DNA of 64,000 nt from Octopus bimaculoides (taxonomy: Eukaryota). How positions within the stretch are numbered: position 1 is the stretch's first letter; the number at the start of each line of letters is the position of its first letter. A program made the translations under genes and the position numbers. Of this stretch, positions 26,187 to 39,468 are shown piece by piece. Under the pieces are notes generated by a model. That model saw nothing but the letters and a program-made list of their open reading frames with translations. It was not told where the DNA came from and searched no databases. The stretch covers positions 49,552,026 through 49,616,025 of the forward strand of contig NC_068981.1 in the NCBI RefSeq assembly GCF_001194135.2, written 5' to 3'.

Positions 26187-28579
26187 CGTAAATAAATGTC
26201 GTCCAGCTGGAATGTAAGTATTCCTGAATAGGCATTTCTGATTCAATGAGCTTCGTCAGCAGCAAGTATGCACTGGCATCCACATTTTAACAAACCTCCG
26301 CTGTTACCGCTAAAGTAAAACCGTGGCAGTAAAATCGCTAACGTTGCAGTCAGGTGATTATATGTGGTAGAAGTAGTTTTGGGTGAACTGGCACGGATCC
26401 TCGTGAACGAGCTCGTTCAGTCGATCATTATTCACCTGCTGTAAATGTCTCCTGTAAAGTCGAGAAACTATGAGGTCGAATTTTCCATCCTCAAGTGTGA
26501 ACGTTCTTCTCCAGTTGTTCCAGTGTTAACACCTCCATACTCAACAAAATTTTCTTCAATGGCTTCGGCAAATTTGATACAGCAGTGAAATCGAAGCAAG
26601 TCAGGTGTCGAAAATCTTAGATTCTATTCCGAACACGATCGCCATACATCTGAAAAACGATGAAAGGCAGTCAAATTCAAAGGGTAAAACCAAAAGTTGT
26701 AGTGGAAGAATAGAGCTACAGAAATCATTAAATAGTACGATCAAATGTTTTTCGTTTTAAATTCAAAAGATGTAGGAATTAAATGAACGAATTTATCTGA
26801 CAGCCCAATGTATGTACGCGTGTGTGATTGTGTAAGCATATATATATATATGCATATATCTGTATATTTATACTTGTTTTGGATACAATTATGCATATCT
26901 ATAGAGGTATGTGTGTGAGTATATGTATATATTCATGCATATAAATATATATACATACATGCACATACGCACATACATATAAAAATACCTAGTCAGGTAA
27001 AGCGAATCTAGGTATGTAGCTATGTAGACTGCTAGCAATAAAACAGTTATACTTTTAACTTATTTTCAGTTTCGAGTCAAAGATTAAAGTAAAATAACAT
27101 AGTTCGATTTATGAACAGATTCAGAAATATCCGAAGTTATCACCGAACTGAATTTTTATTATCAAGTTACTACCTTAATTCTATTAGAGTAAATCCATCT
27201 ATAAAGAAACTGTGTATATCTCGACACAAGACCAAAAGAATAACAATATCTTTAAACTTCACATTAAAATACAATGCTAGTGTTGTATAATCACTCACAG
27301 AAAATTAAACTAAGTTGGAATGGAAAGTGTCCTTATGCAGAATGAACCATATCATGCCAGCCGAATTTTAAATTTGAATGACAAAAGCTATGAAAGAAAC
27401 TCTAGTCTTATTTTCGGTTGTCAAAGTATTCAGAGTCATTGGATGAGAACATTTTTTCTCTTTTTACTAGACAACGGAGAAAGATTATATGTATGTGGTG
27501 AAGGAATAACTAGGATGAAGACATCGGATCTTGTAATATTCTCGGGTTCAATACGGAAAAGAATTCTACTGAAAGTACCGTTACTAGATTTTGAAATATC
27601 TCTGTTCACTTTATTAGATTATATTGTATTGTAATAATAGGAATCTAGAAGCAGATCAACAAAAACATTTAAGCACAAGGATTGACGAATAACATTAAAT
27701 TCGGTTTGATTACCTCTGATGGTTGTTATTCAAACATAATATAGCTCACATTTATATGTATATATGTATATGTATACACCTGTATGCATATTACAGAAAA
27801 GAGCAACGCATCAGTTCCTTACGGCTGTTTCTGTAAAGAGGCAACGAAATCCTCCATGCCATCTCTATCACTTCAGTGTTCTGTAGGGGTGCGCAGATAA
27901 AGTGTGGATGATGAGTGTGCTTCTAGACTTCTTCAGAGGGTCTAAGTGGTGAGGAGTGCTAATACATATAATAAACAGTTAACAATAGCTACAGTATATT
28001 TGTCATTATTAAAAAGGGCAGTAAAAGAATAGGAGCAAACATGAGACTGTGCGAGAAGTACAACTTATCCAAATGAATTAGGTATAAGGATAGGAAATAA
28101 GCTACAAACTTACCGTGATGTATTTCTGGATCTATGTTACTTCGTCCAATGGTGGACAGGTGAGTATAGTCGTTCTTGGGATGAGTTTTTATGAAGTGCG
28201 AATTTAGGCAGTAGTTCACATTATGTTTACATAGAAAATCACATTATGTTTGCATAGAAATATATTGGTGGATGTGGATAGAAATATATTGGTGGTCCGT
28301 GTTACTGAGGTGAGATTTCATATGTAAAGTACCAGCTAGTAGGTGCAACGTTGCGGTAGGTATGGTATAAACAGCCTATGATGGTGAACCCATCATGGGA
28401 GAATTTGGTATATAAGTGTACTAATGAGAGTAAGGAACTAGGTGGTGACTAAAGTGCGGTGTTAGTGTTCGTTATTTTGTAGCCGATCAAGAAGTCTGAA
28501 TCCCTATGTGTAGTGGGGTGGAGGTAATAGTCAGTCCTACAACCTACTTTGTCGGCGATTTTTTTTTTGAAAAACATGT

Positions 28580-28626
<47 letters not shown>

Positions 28627-31242
28627 NNNNNNNNNNNNNNNNNNNNNNNNNNNNNNNNNNNNNNNNNNNNNNNNNNNNNNNNNNNNNNNNNNNNNNNNNN
28701 NNNNNNNNNNNNNNNNNNNNNNNNNNNNNNNNNNNNNNNNNNNNNNNNNNNNNNNNNNNNNNNNNNNNNNNNNNNNNNNNNNNNNNNNNNNNNNNNNNNN
28801 NNNNNNNNNNNNNNNNNNNNNNNNNNNNNNNNNNNNNNNNNNNNNNNNNNNNNNNNNNNNNNNNNNNNNNNNNNNNNNNNNNNNNNNNNNNNNNNNNNNN
28901 NNNNNNNNNNNNTATATATATATATGTATGTATGTATTTTGATAGATAGATAGATAGATAGATATTCGTTATTTCTAACAAATCTAGTGGCAGCACTAAA
29001 TTTAAATAGCGTTCTGTGTATTCTACTTGACAATGTAAATATATCATGAAAGCGTAAATTTGCTGCAGTATCCGACCTGTGATAATTTTTATAGACACTG
29101 TGTGCTCAGAAACACAGAATATATTCGAACATTGGTAGTGGACGATAATCGGCCAGCAGTCGGTGAGAATACTAGATTCATATTTCTGCCTTGTTTTTTC
29201 TTTTTCTTTTTTCTTTTTTTTTTTGTTTTCGGCAACATATACGTATTTGCAGGTGCATAGTATGAGGAGAAACTTCGATATAGAGCAAGAGGGAAAAGTT
29301 TGGAAGTAAAACAATAGAAAGAAGAGTTGCATCCCTTTAGTTGGCATGTTTAATTCCAAATGAAATAATTTTAATAAATATAAAATTTCGGTCGACTTTC
29401 TTTGCCGAAATGAGGGCAGCCCATCCTCTCTTTATAAAGCAGGCAGTCTCACAAAATTCGGCCTTCTTTCCGCTGATTTATATTACACCAGCTACTTTAA
29501 TTCTGGGTCCGACATAATTTAAATTTTGATTTCGACAAGCAGAAAAGGCACACATTTCTTTTGCATCTTCCTTTTTTGCATTCCACCTTGTGATTTCCGT
29601 TCCGCTTTTTCTTTTGCCTATAGTTCTTTCTCTCTCGCTCTCTCGTAGACGTACGTTTTCCCCCATTTATTATCTGATCTGGACGTAAGTATGTCACCTA
29701 AAGGGAATCATGTTCTTTTAGATTTTTTCATTTTTTTTTTTTTTTTTTTTNNNNNNNNNNNNNNNNNNNNNNNNNNNNNNNNNNNNNNNNNNNNNNNNNN
29801 NNNNNNNNNNNNNNNNNNNNNNNNNNNNNNNNNNNNNNNNNNNNNNNNNNNNNNNNNNNNNNNNNNNNNNNNNNNNNNNNNNNNNNNNNNNNNNNNNNNN
29901 NNNNNNNNNNNNNNNNNNNNNNNNNNNNNNNNNNNNNNNNNNNNNNNNNNNNNNNNNNNNNNNNNNNNNNNNNNNNNNNNNNNNNNNNNNNNNNNNNNNN
30001 NNNNNNNNNNNNNNNNNNNNNNNNNNNNNNNNNNNNNNNNNNNNNNNNNNNNNNNNNNNNNNNNNNNNNNNNNNNNNNNNNNNNNNNNNNNNNNNNNNNN
30101 NNNNNNNNNNNNNNNNNNNNNNNNNNNNNNNNNNNNNNNNNNNNNNNNNNNNNNNNNNNNNNNNNNNNNNNNNNNNNNNNNNNNNNNNNNNNNNNNNNNN
30201 NNNNNNNNNNNNNNNNNNNNNNNNNNNNNATATATATATAGCATGGTTACATACGTGCATAAGTATTATGAGTGTTAGTGTGTGCTTCCTTAGGAATTGT
30301 TACATCTAATTTGAAATGTTGCAGATTCTGCGTCTAAAGTGACAGACTTACTATTTAGTTTAATAGTGTGCATATTATAATATTTATTAAAATATTCAAA
30401 CCAGTGTTTACTGAAATAAAATTATCTTTCTTCTAACGTTGCACTTAACACATATAAATTTTCCTTCCTACAAATCGGCAAACATACATTTAGCTTTATT
30501 TCAAGTATCACCGCATTCAGTGGTATACTAAGTCGAATCTTATCGCCGATTCATAACACTCAAACTTCTTTCAGCTGGTTGTATATAAAACAACACAAAC
30601 AGTGTCTTTAAAAATATATCTAAATTGAATTAACTTTTACTTTATAGCCATGGATTGTTCTCACTGGAAACGTTGAATACTGTGTTTATTAATATTTCAC
30701 TTGACAGGTTAAATGTAGCTACCTAAATTAAGTTTAATAATTCAACTGCTCTTAAGGTTACAAAGCTTGTTTGGAGAGATTTTATCACGGACTCAGTCTA
30801 AAGCAGACGCAACGTTTAAATACTGCAGATGACCTTACAGAGGTCTAGCCTATACATATATGTATGTATATNNNNNNNNNNNNNNNNNNNNNNNNNNNNN
30901 NNNNNNNNNNNNNNNNNNNNNNNNNNNNNNNNNNNNNNNNNNNNNNNNNNNNNNNNNNNNNNNNNNNNNNNNNNNNNNNNNNNNNNNNNNNNNNNNNNNN
31001 NNNNNNNNNNNNNNNNNNNNNNNNNNNNNNNNNNNNNNNNNNNNNNNNNNNNNNNNNNNNNNNNNNNNNNNNNNNNNNNNNNNNNNNNNNNNTATATATA
31101 TCCTAAACCGTTATATGCAATAACAGTTTTGGGATAGTTTGTAAGACACTTGTTGTTTACTAATGTATTTTTAGAATTTTTTTTTATTCTTATACATTAC
31201 ACAACTTTGTTAATGCTATATGACGCACTCTGAATAATATTT

Positions 31243-31264
31243 ATATTTCTTTTTCTTTTTACAG
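31243..31264 (+). other. Splice acceptor upstream of the start codon, implying an unlocated 5' exon
   Basis: TATATTTCTTTTTCTTTTTACAG lies 30 nt before the first ATG, and the frame is open from 31265 (AAA GTG CCT...). Confidence 0.65.
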
Positions 31265-31294
31265 AAAGTGCCTGTCACTAAGGTTGTTAATCGG

Positions 31295-32517
31295 ATGCGT
31301 GTTCCCATGACGACGAAGGCTTTTGAAGTGCTATTATGGCTACAAACTGGCCTCGTTCTAGCCGTGGCAGTTGTGCTGCGGGTGACGTCGGCCGAATGCA
31401 AATTCCCCAGTTTTATGCACACGGAGCAGAATGCTTGGGTACGAGGTTACGAAAAAGGTGACCGATTTGTGGCGTACTTTCAAGATGGTATTATGAAAGC
31501 CAGTAGTTGTCGCGATCGACAATGTACACGATACGAAAGAAAATGTATAGAAGAGTTCCCTAACGGTAAATATATAGCATCTCACATAGAAATTGCTCAT
31601 TCGACCAGTTATGTTTGTATGGAATTCTTGCGTCGAGGTGAAATCATTGTTCAGCTAAAACAATCAGAAATATCTAAAACGAATTATCCAGAACTTTGTA
31701 ATACGTTAATGTTAGATATGTGGCCATTAGTACTGCTAGAAAAACTACTTGAGCACAAAGTTAGCTGCCCATTCTCAGGGGGTTACAATTTACAAATGTT
31801 TGATAGCAGTGGGTCTGCGCTATGCCGTGAAGAAATAGTTCCTATTAGGCTTGAAAGTGAATGTGAATCTGGAGAAGGTATGATGATTCATTTTAGAACG
31901 AAGGCTTGTATACACAAAGATTTAAATATGGAAGTAAAACAGAAATTATATTGTCTTGCACATTGGAATGAAGGCCCGTTCAGATTCATCATTCTTCGAG
32001 AAAAAAATCGACGCGACCATATCTGGTCTCTACGAGTAAAAGAGCCTGTTAATGAAATCAAAACCGCAGCTTTATTCATGGTGCCTGTCTGTGACACTGG
32101 GGAAGAAATTACTCAAACGAAAATGTATCTGGAATTGAAACTTGATAAGTATGTGGTGTCAACAACCTGCGCCGACGAGTTCAAAGATTGTGCACAATAC
32201 GTGCAGTTTTGTGATTCAGGGTATCGCCAACATTGCTCAAATTCATGTCGAGACTGTCGTCAAGACGTAATTAAATTATGTCCGTTTTCTGAGCGCTTGC
32301 GTAGCACTTGGGTGCAAAGCATGAAAAAAAATAAGCAACTCTCCATAAATATCACACATTACCAAATCTCTATTCAAACTCTTGGGATGTTTCACTGTCT
32401 AGTTGCCAAAGGTAAAAGTACACCAGATAGTGATGTTCTTTTACAATTGTTCCAGAATGGATGTTACCCAAGATACACATGTCTTCAAATTGAGAAAACA
32501 GCACCGTCAGTTATAAG
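31295..32517 (+). CDS. Coding exon 1 of an uncharacterised secreted/cell-surface Cys-rich repeat protein with an ShKT-like domain (~662 aa with exon 2)
   Basis: The 417-aa ORF is of high complexity. ATG at 31295 (alternative in-frame ATG at 31307) is followed by a hydrophobic signal peptide (LLWLQTGLVLAVAVVLRVTSA|EC). The exon is preceded by a pyrimidine tract plus acceptor (TTTCTTTTTCTTTTTACAG, ends 31264) and ends at donor AG|GTAAAT (32517|32518). Motifs CKFPSF..W, CPFSGGY and LYCLAHW resemble the DUF7043/DUF7042-type (PTHR22255-like) modules I recall; not verified by search. Confidence 0.88.
32168..32257 (+). other. ShKT (ShK toxin-like) 6-Cys domain within exon 1
   Basis: CADEFKDCAQYVQFCDSGYRQHCSNSCRDC has spacing C-x6-C-x6-C-x7-C-x3-C-x2-C, with the CxD start and CxxxCxxC end typical of ShKT domains. 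Confidence 0.7.
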
Positions 32518-33079
32518 GTAAATATTCATTTCTGTTTCACTCATTGACATAAATGTCTACTATGAAAATGATTACACATTTAATTTAAATATTTGTCCTA
32601 AACATAATAAATACTCCTAATAAGAAAAATAGCAAAAATAACAGCAGTAATAAAATATAATTACTGTAATTAATATCATTTTGATAACTTACATACGAAT
32701 TTCGGAAACTAATGACGACACCCACAAATTTCGTGGCAACCTTAACTTTTGTACTAGAATGGGCCTTATGTTATCATCTTCAGAAATCAGAAAACAAATT
32801 AAGCATGTGTACTTATCGATAATAATAAGAAGAAGAACTACCCATGAGGATCCCACGGTTATTTTGAAAATTGTATGATGAAATTGGATATTTTTCTGAA
32901 AGATTTGATTGTTATGAAGATGTGAAAATCCTCATAAACAGCACTGATGGGTAAATCAGTCAACCAATTAATCAATCAATCAATCAATCAGTCAGTCAAT
33001 ATGTTTATATGTCTCCCCATCACTCTATTTGTCTGTCTATCTACCTACACATCTAACTATTAGTCTATCTACCTACCTA

Positions 33080-33155
33080 GATGTATATCTACCTACCTAC
33101 CTACCTACCTACCTACCTACCTACCTACCTACCTACCTACCTACCTACCTACCTG
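33080..33155. repeat. (CTAC)n microsatellite
   Basis: Seen directly in the sequence. Confidence 0.95.
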
Positions 33156-33439
33156 CGTACCTATCTATCATCCTAGCTACCTATCTCTTAGTCTCTAATA
33201 ATATAGATCTTCTCTTTCGCGATTTCCTTTTCTATTCCCGTTTCTTTCTGTGTTTCCCTTTCTCCACTTCATTTCATTTTCTTTATATATATATATCTTT
33301 TCATTCGAATCATAACTTCCCTTGGTGACGTAAGTGAAATACACGTAAAATAACAGGCAAGATTAACTGAATAATGTTGCCATAAACTCTTCTCTTCTAC
33401 GTGACGACACGTAGTTGTATATAGTTTTTCTTGCTTTTA

Positions 33440-36400
33440 TGTTACACGGCATTGAAGTTCTAATCTGCTAAATTGAGCATCTTGTAGCATCTCACTCCGG
33501 GGTCTGACAACTAATTTTAATCTCTTGCAGTTTAGGGCCTTTATGCACTTAAACAATACTCTTTCTACTTTCGTATTGAAGACATCTTTGGGTGTTTTGT
33601 AGAAATAAAGATGATTTCTGCACAATATTTAACCTCAACAATTTAAGATCAATCTTCACAAAGTTTAATTTCAGACTGGTTTTCAGACTTCTTTTTAGGA
33701 AGGCTCAAAAATAACCGGCAGGTACATGAATTGTCTAATGTCTTGTTTCCGAAATTTCATACCTCAGCTTGGTATAATACTCTGCTTCTTGATTACAGTA
33801 TCAGATGATCATGACACTCTAATTACAGACTCAACAATTTTATCACCATCTTTACTGTCCGGACTTTATTTCAATCTTCTCCTTCCAGTTTATATAAAAA
33901 AGCTCCATAAACTTGTTTTATCGTTTTCTGTGCATGCACAACGAAACCTCTTACAAAAATCTTATAGCAACAGTATTAGCATACCTAAGCATTTGTACTG
34001 ATTTGGGTCTAACTGTAGTTCCTCTGATGCAAGATGAGCTATAATATCATTTCTATTATCGTACATTCTAAAATGCTATATATCATTCTCTGAATCTAAT
34101 TTACGTTTCAGTTTATTTTCTATGACGCTGTAATAATTTCCTTCATCTCTTCCTTCAAGAGTCCTCTCTTTAAACAAACTCATCTAGACGTGTGACACAT
34201 TATCGCATGCATTTTTAAAACACACTGAATGGAGAAAATTTACTTGGAAGTTTTGTTTCTTTTTCGCTTCATGTCACTATTTATTTTAATTTGATCTCAT
34301 TAACACTAATTATATCACTAATTATCATCTCTTGAAGAATGACTGGGTAATGTTTTCTCTAGAACTTCAGAATTTATATTAGTAAACCCTTGTTTCTCTC
34401 TCTCTCTCTTTGTCGCTTACTCTCTGCTTTTTCTAGTATAAACGGATTACAATGGATTACGGTTGCCTATTCCTGTGGAGTGTAAATATTGTTATCATCG
34501 GCTTTTTATTTTTATTCTTAAATTCTTCATTTTGCCTCTCAGTGTTTCCTCTTCACTATTTTATAAGGGGTTATACATCGCTTGTAAATTACTGGCAAAT
34601 CCATTTGCATTTTAATCAAAGGTTGTACAAAATGATAGTTTACCAAGGACGTCTTGTATTTAAACAATTTTGCTTTTGTCATCTGCTAGTAATCCGAGAT
34701 ACACTCATTTCAGGATTTAATATTCGAGGCATTATCTAGATCCATTTCAGTAATGATGTTTCCTGCTTCATTTCTGTCAAAGAAATTTTCTAATTTTCAA
34801 ATGTCATCCCGATTTCTCTATAGATATTCTTACAGAAAATCTAGTTGATAATTGTACTTTCCATAAAGTTTAAATTTCTCATGAAAAAAGATTTATTTTT
34901 CCTGAGTAAATGTCGTTCCTTAGCTTGTTAAGAATAATTGTCAAATTTGTTAGACACTGTAAATAGGCTAACTGTACTGTCCGATGTTGAAATGCAGTTT
35001 CTAACAGACATAGCATTTTCTTCGAGATCTTGAAGATTTCTGGACAAAACGTGATTCATACACCTTCCTTTTATCGATCCTCACAGTCTATGAATTAGTC
35101 GTTCTACATCTTCCACTTATTCAGACTATCTTATCGATCTTTAATTGGCTTTTCGTATATTTCCTCATTTTCAGACGCTTTTTTGTGTCCATCACACATT
35201 GAATATATCATATATACATATTAGCATATCTTTTTCCACAATGTTCACAGTTAAGAGATTTTACACAAGGTATCCACCCGGAACTAGTCGGAGATATCAA
35301 GCAACGTTTCTTTTCTATTTGTCTTACAATAGCAGGCAATCACATTGTTACATCATATGTTGAAATACACTCATTTAGATTTATCAATATGTTTCACAGA
35401 AATTTGTTATATTCTTTCAGTCCGTAACCATGGAAAAAGTATGGTTCAGTTACATTTCTTATTACTACCTATCTGATACCGCTTTCATATATTTGCTTTC
35501 ATAATGGTAAAAGCCATCTGCGCATCAACATATTCATCGTAATTTTCTACTTCGTTTACCAACTATATTTTATCAGCGCATCTGGCATGCTTTCCTCAAC
35601 TACGCTTCCACGCCAGTTCCTGTCTTCAACATTCCAAATTACGTCATCAATTTTCTTATTTCTTACATGCCCATCAAATAAATCACTCCGCTCCGATTGA
35701 AGAAACGCTTTTGATAGTAGAAATGGATGATTTTAATGCTTTTAGTTCGAATAACGTCGGCCACAAATTTTGTTTTCTCCCTCCTGTTAAAGTAAACCTA
35801 TCACAAAATTGATGTTGCTCGCACACGATGTTTTAGTGTTTCGATAACTGTTTTGAACCCTCTTTCCTATCTGGGATTTATGTCTTAGATATGCCCTTGC
35901 ACCTTTTTAGCATTTTTCCATAGCCCTTTGGACCATTCTTCTATGCAGCGCAAATATTTACGTAATGTTTTAATATCCGTCTGCTTTCCTCTATTTCTTT
36001 CCAAACACTTCACCTACTAAAATTGAAGCGGATCTGACCAAGTCCCTTGTTTCCGTTACATCTTTTAGCCCATTCTTCTATGCGACGCAAGTCTTAACGC
36101 AAAGTGTTAATATTGCCCTCAGTTCTCCGCTTCCATCATGCCCTCTGATTTCCTCATTCTGCCCTCTGATTTCCTCTTTTTCATTCCAACCAGTTCACCT
36201 ACTAAAATTGAAACAGATCTGATCAAGTCCCTTGCCTCAGTTCGATCTTTTGTTAAAATGTATTTCAGAATCTCATCAACTTTTTGGGTCACGCGTTTCA
36301 CATTGTAGCAGTCGAAGCTTCTCAAATTCACCGGCTTGCTCTCTGTTCTTGTAACTATTATAGCATCGAGTTTTATCCAGAGCTTTCTCTAATTCTGAGT

Positions 36401-37400
36401 CATATCTTCTCGTAATTCAGTTGTCCCCACATTATATTGATTGGCCGACCGTTCCTCAATTACATCTTCTCCTTGCTTACGCATTCGCTGTTCTACACCT
36501 ACATTATCCACTTCAAGGTTATTATCACTACGGAGGATTTTCCTGATTGTCTGAATTTGGCATTCATTGAGAAAGCCTCTATTCAGTACTATTCTTGTGT
36601 GATTCATGAGCCCATTTTCAGTAATCTGGAACATACACAGCAATTTCCAAAGTTCTAATAATTTTTTTCCCACAGCTCAATATTTCTCTTTGTCGTTGTC
36701 TACCAAGCCTTGCTCACAGCACTTAATCGCCTTTTTGTTCATATAAACAGACCACTGGCGTTTGCGAGCATGTTGCATAATTCGACCAGTTAAAGGACTA
36801 CGACTGGATGGAATCTGATCTTCCAATCTACTGCCCTCTGAGGGGCACCTGCCAGGTGCGGTAGATTTGGTGTCTTGGACATCAAGAGTAGTCATCCCGT
36901 GCGTGACGTCATTTGGGTTGAAATTGTCAATATTGCAAATAATGAGAATGATTTTACAGGATTTGCTCCTTGGATGTGTTTATCTGAGATTTTCATGTAA
37001 AGGGCTACCCTAAATACAATACCAGCTCCAATTTGGCTGCCGACCAAGGCTTTGGGACGCCAAGTTCGACCTTTGTAAATTGCCATAGGCCTCTCTGAGA
37101 CGCAGAGGTTACAGCGGCCTATTTTGGGCATGGGTGGCACCAGTTTCACATGGGCAGCCGCATAGAGAACTACACTATCTTAACTGTCCTTATTCTGCGG
37201 TGTAAGGTGTGATTTGAAAGAGATGTAACTACTCTTTCTATAATGCCAAATGACTTCTCAGAGAGTCCATTGCTAACTTGAAATCTTCGGTGGACAAATT
37301 CAGCATATGAAAACTCAATACGTTGCTTTTGTCCTTACTCCTATAGCTAAGGTGTTTTTATCGTTGTTTTTGTGACTAGCTATGTTCACTAGTCACAGGA
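33440..37400 (-). mobile_element. Old, near full-length, heavily mutated R4/Dong-like element, antisense in the intron
   Basis: Collinear minus-strand fragments: LELWKLLCMFQITENGLMNHTRIVLNRGFLNECQIQTIRK (N-terminal), VKRVTQKVDEILKYI..SILVGELVGMKKRK, KRGFKTVIETLKHRVRA, TVRID (RT, weak), KRGLLKEEMKEIITAS, HFRMYDNRNDIIAHLASE (decayed zinc knuckle) and YYTKLRYEI (RLE end). It has many stops and frameshifts, and an (AAT)n/(AAC)n array lies at its 5' side. Confidence 0.6.
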
Positions 37401-37479
37401 TCCGAGTGTGGTGGGTTGGTTGGCTGGCTGGCTGGTGTTACTTCCTGTGTTATTGATGTTGTTGCAGTTGTTGTTGCTG

Positions 37480-37518
37480 TTGTAAATGTTGCTGTTGTTG
37501 CTGTTGTTGTTGTTGTTG

Positions 37519-37571
<53 letters not shown>

Positions 37572-37650
37572 TATCTCCTTCCCGAAACGGCTGGCGTCGT
37601 TCCAAAGTTTGAAACTATTGTTGTTGTTGTCGTTGTTGTTGTCATCACCG
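37480..37650. repeat. (GTT)n/(ATT)n compound microsatellite
   Basis: Seen directly; it lies at the 5' side of the antisense R4/Dong-like fossil. Confidence 0.95.
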
Positions 37651-37699
37651 TTGTTCTTATTGTCCAACTGACCCTATGACCATACATAATAAATCATAT

Positions 37700-38000
37700 T
37701 CAGATTTTTTTCATGTTTACTTGATAGGGAAGTACAAATGCTCTGCTAAAATCAGCGACTCCAGTGTGAATCTGGGAGAACTCTTGTACAACAAATGTAT
37801 TCATACTTATGCGCTGCACTATATGGAGAACATATGTAATACCATCACGGCCAGACATATTCGTAGTGACATTGATACATGGCTTGCGTAAGCTGGTTCG
37901 CAAATTGTCGGAATATGCTGCAAGCTGATTTGACCTCCAACAACAACTCAATGGCTCTGCAAAAATATCCACGAATTCTATAAAACTACCTGTGAGATAA
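37700..38000 (-). mobile_element. Degenerate RTE-like RT fragment
   Basis: SLRKP..MSGRDGI..LHIVQRI..GVADFSRAF resembles LRxNQxGFRxGR..FVDFSKAFD. Confidence 0.4.
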
Positions 38001-38904
38001 TCATTGTATGATCCAGAAGGAAACCATTCAGATAGTCAGGTGCCTTGCGTAGGCCCTAATTTTTCAAGCTTGTTAGTAAACGCCACAAGAGTTTCTAGTA
38101 TTTAGAAGAGGATGTGAATAATTTCCCTAAATATATAGTCGTGACTATATTGCTTTTGCTACCTCAGATTCCAAAGTGTGATAGATCATAGCTACGGAGA
38201 ATATCCTTTGTGTCAGCAAATGTAATTGCCTTGTCATAACAGCCTGTAGCATAAGGATTCGTATATAACTGAATTTCAGGAAGTGGGTGGTGTATTTTTT
38301 GAAGTCAGGATCAATTAGACTCTGCGAGTTAAAGTAACACACGGTTCACTTGTACTGAAGTGAAGGCGATGGAAAGGCTAGGAAACATATGGCTAGTGTG
38401 AAAAATATGCAAGTCCATTAATTATGAAAGTAAAGATATATTAATTCCTAAATACGAAGTATCTTCGTCTTCTCAACTGGGTGTATATAAAATATTTCTG
38501 ACAGAAAGCTTGAAGAAGCCGAAGAAGACAATCGTAATACATTTCTGATGGAGATACTGGGATTAGGACGACGTTAAATTGTGAACAAAAATTGAGGTCT
38601 ATTAGAAAAACTGCACAAGTCCAAATTTGTTGAAAACATTACAACTCATGGGATCCAGGTAGCCTCAAGTTTACGCAGACACTAAGATACCTGCTTCCTG
38701 TTTGGCTGAATTCGCAGAATATGACAGTAAACAGTGTTGGAGGCGGGTGAAACATAGACAGGCCTTAATCTAAATAGACATAGATTTATTAAGTTTTTAC
38801 TTCTGCGATCGAAGTAATTATTATATTTGTCTTGTGTTTCAATTATTTAACTTGCTTTAAGCTGCATTACGAATTTCGCACACATACATCATCTTCATTT
38901 CCCC

Positions 38905-38960
<56 letters not shown>

Positions 38961-39335
38961 NNNNNNNNNNNNNNNNNNNNNNNNNNNNNNNNNNNNNNNN
39001 NNNNNNNNNNNNNNNNNNNNNNNNNNNNNNNNNNNNNNNNNNNNNNNNNNNNNNNNNNNNNNNNNNNNNNNNNNNNNNNNNNNNNNNNNNNNNNNNNNNN
39101 NNNNNNNNNNNNNNNNNNNNNNNNNNNNNNNNNNNNNNNNNNNNNNNNNNNNNNNNNNNNNNNNNNNNNNNNNNNNNNNNNNNNNNNNNNNNNNNNNNNN
39201 NNNNNNNNNNNNNNNNNNNNNNNNNNNNNNNNNNNNNNNNNNNNNNNNNNNNNNNNNNNNNNNNNNNNNNNNNNNNNNNNNNNNNNNNNNNNNNNNNNNN
39301 NNNNNNNNNNNNNNNNNNNNNNNNNNNNNNNNNNN

Positions 39336-39394
<59 letters not shown>

Positions 39395-39435
39395 CGTATA
39401 GATGTAATTTTGTACATATACGTACGTATATATGC

Positions 39436-39468
<33 letters not shown>

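Noticed and set aside
26250-26700. GC-richer stretch that looked like a coding or TE remnant
   Set aside because: There are stops in every frame I tried and no motif I could assign.
37389-37679. Poly-Asn/Leu/Ile ORFs
   Set aside because: They are translations of the (GTT)n/(ATT)n microsatellite.
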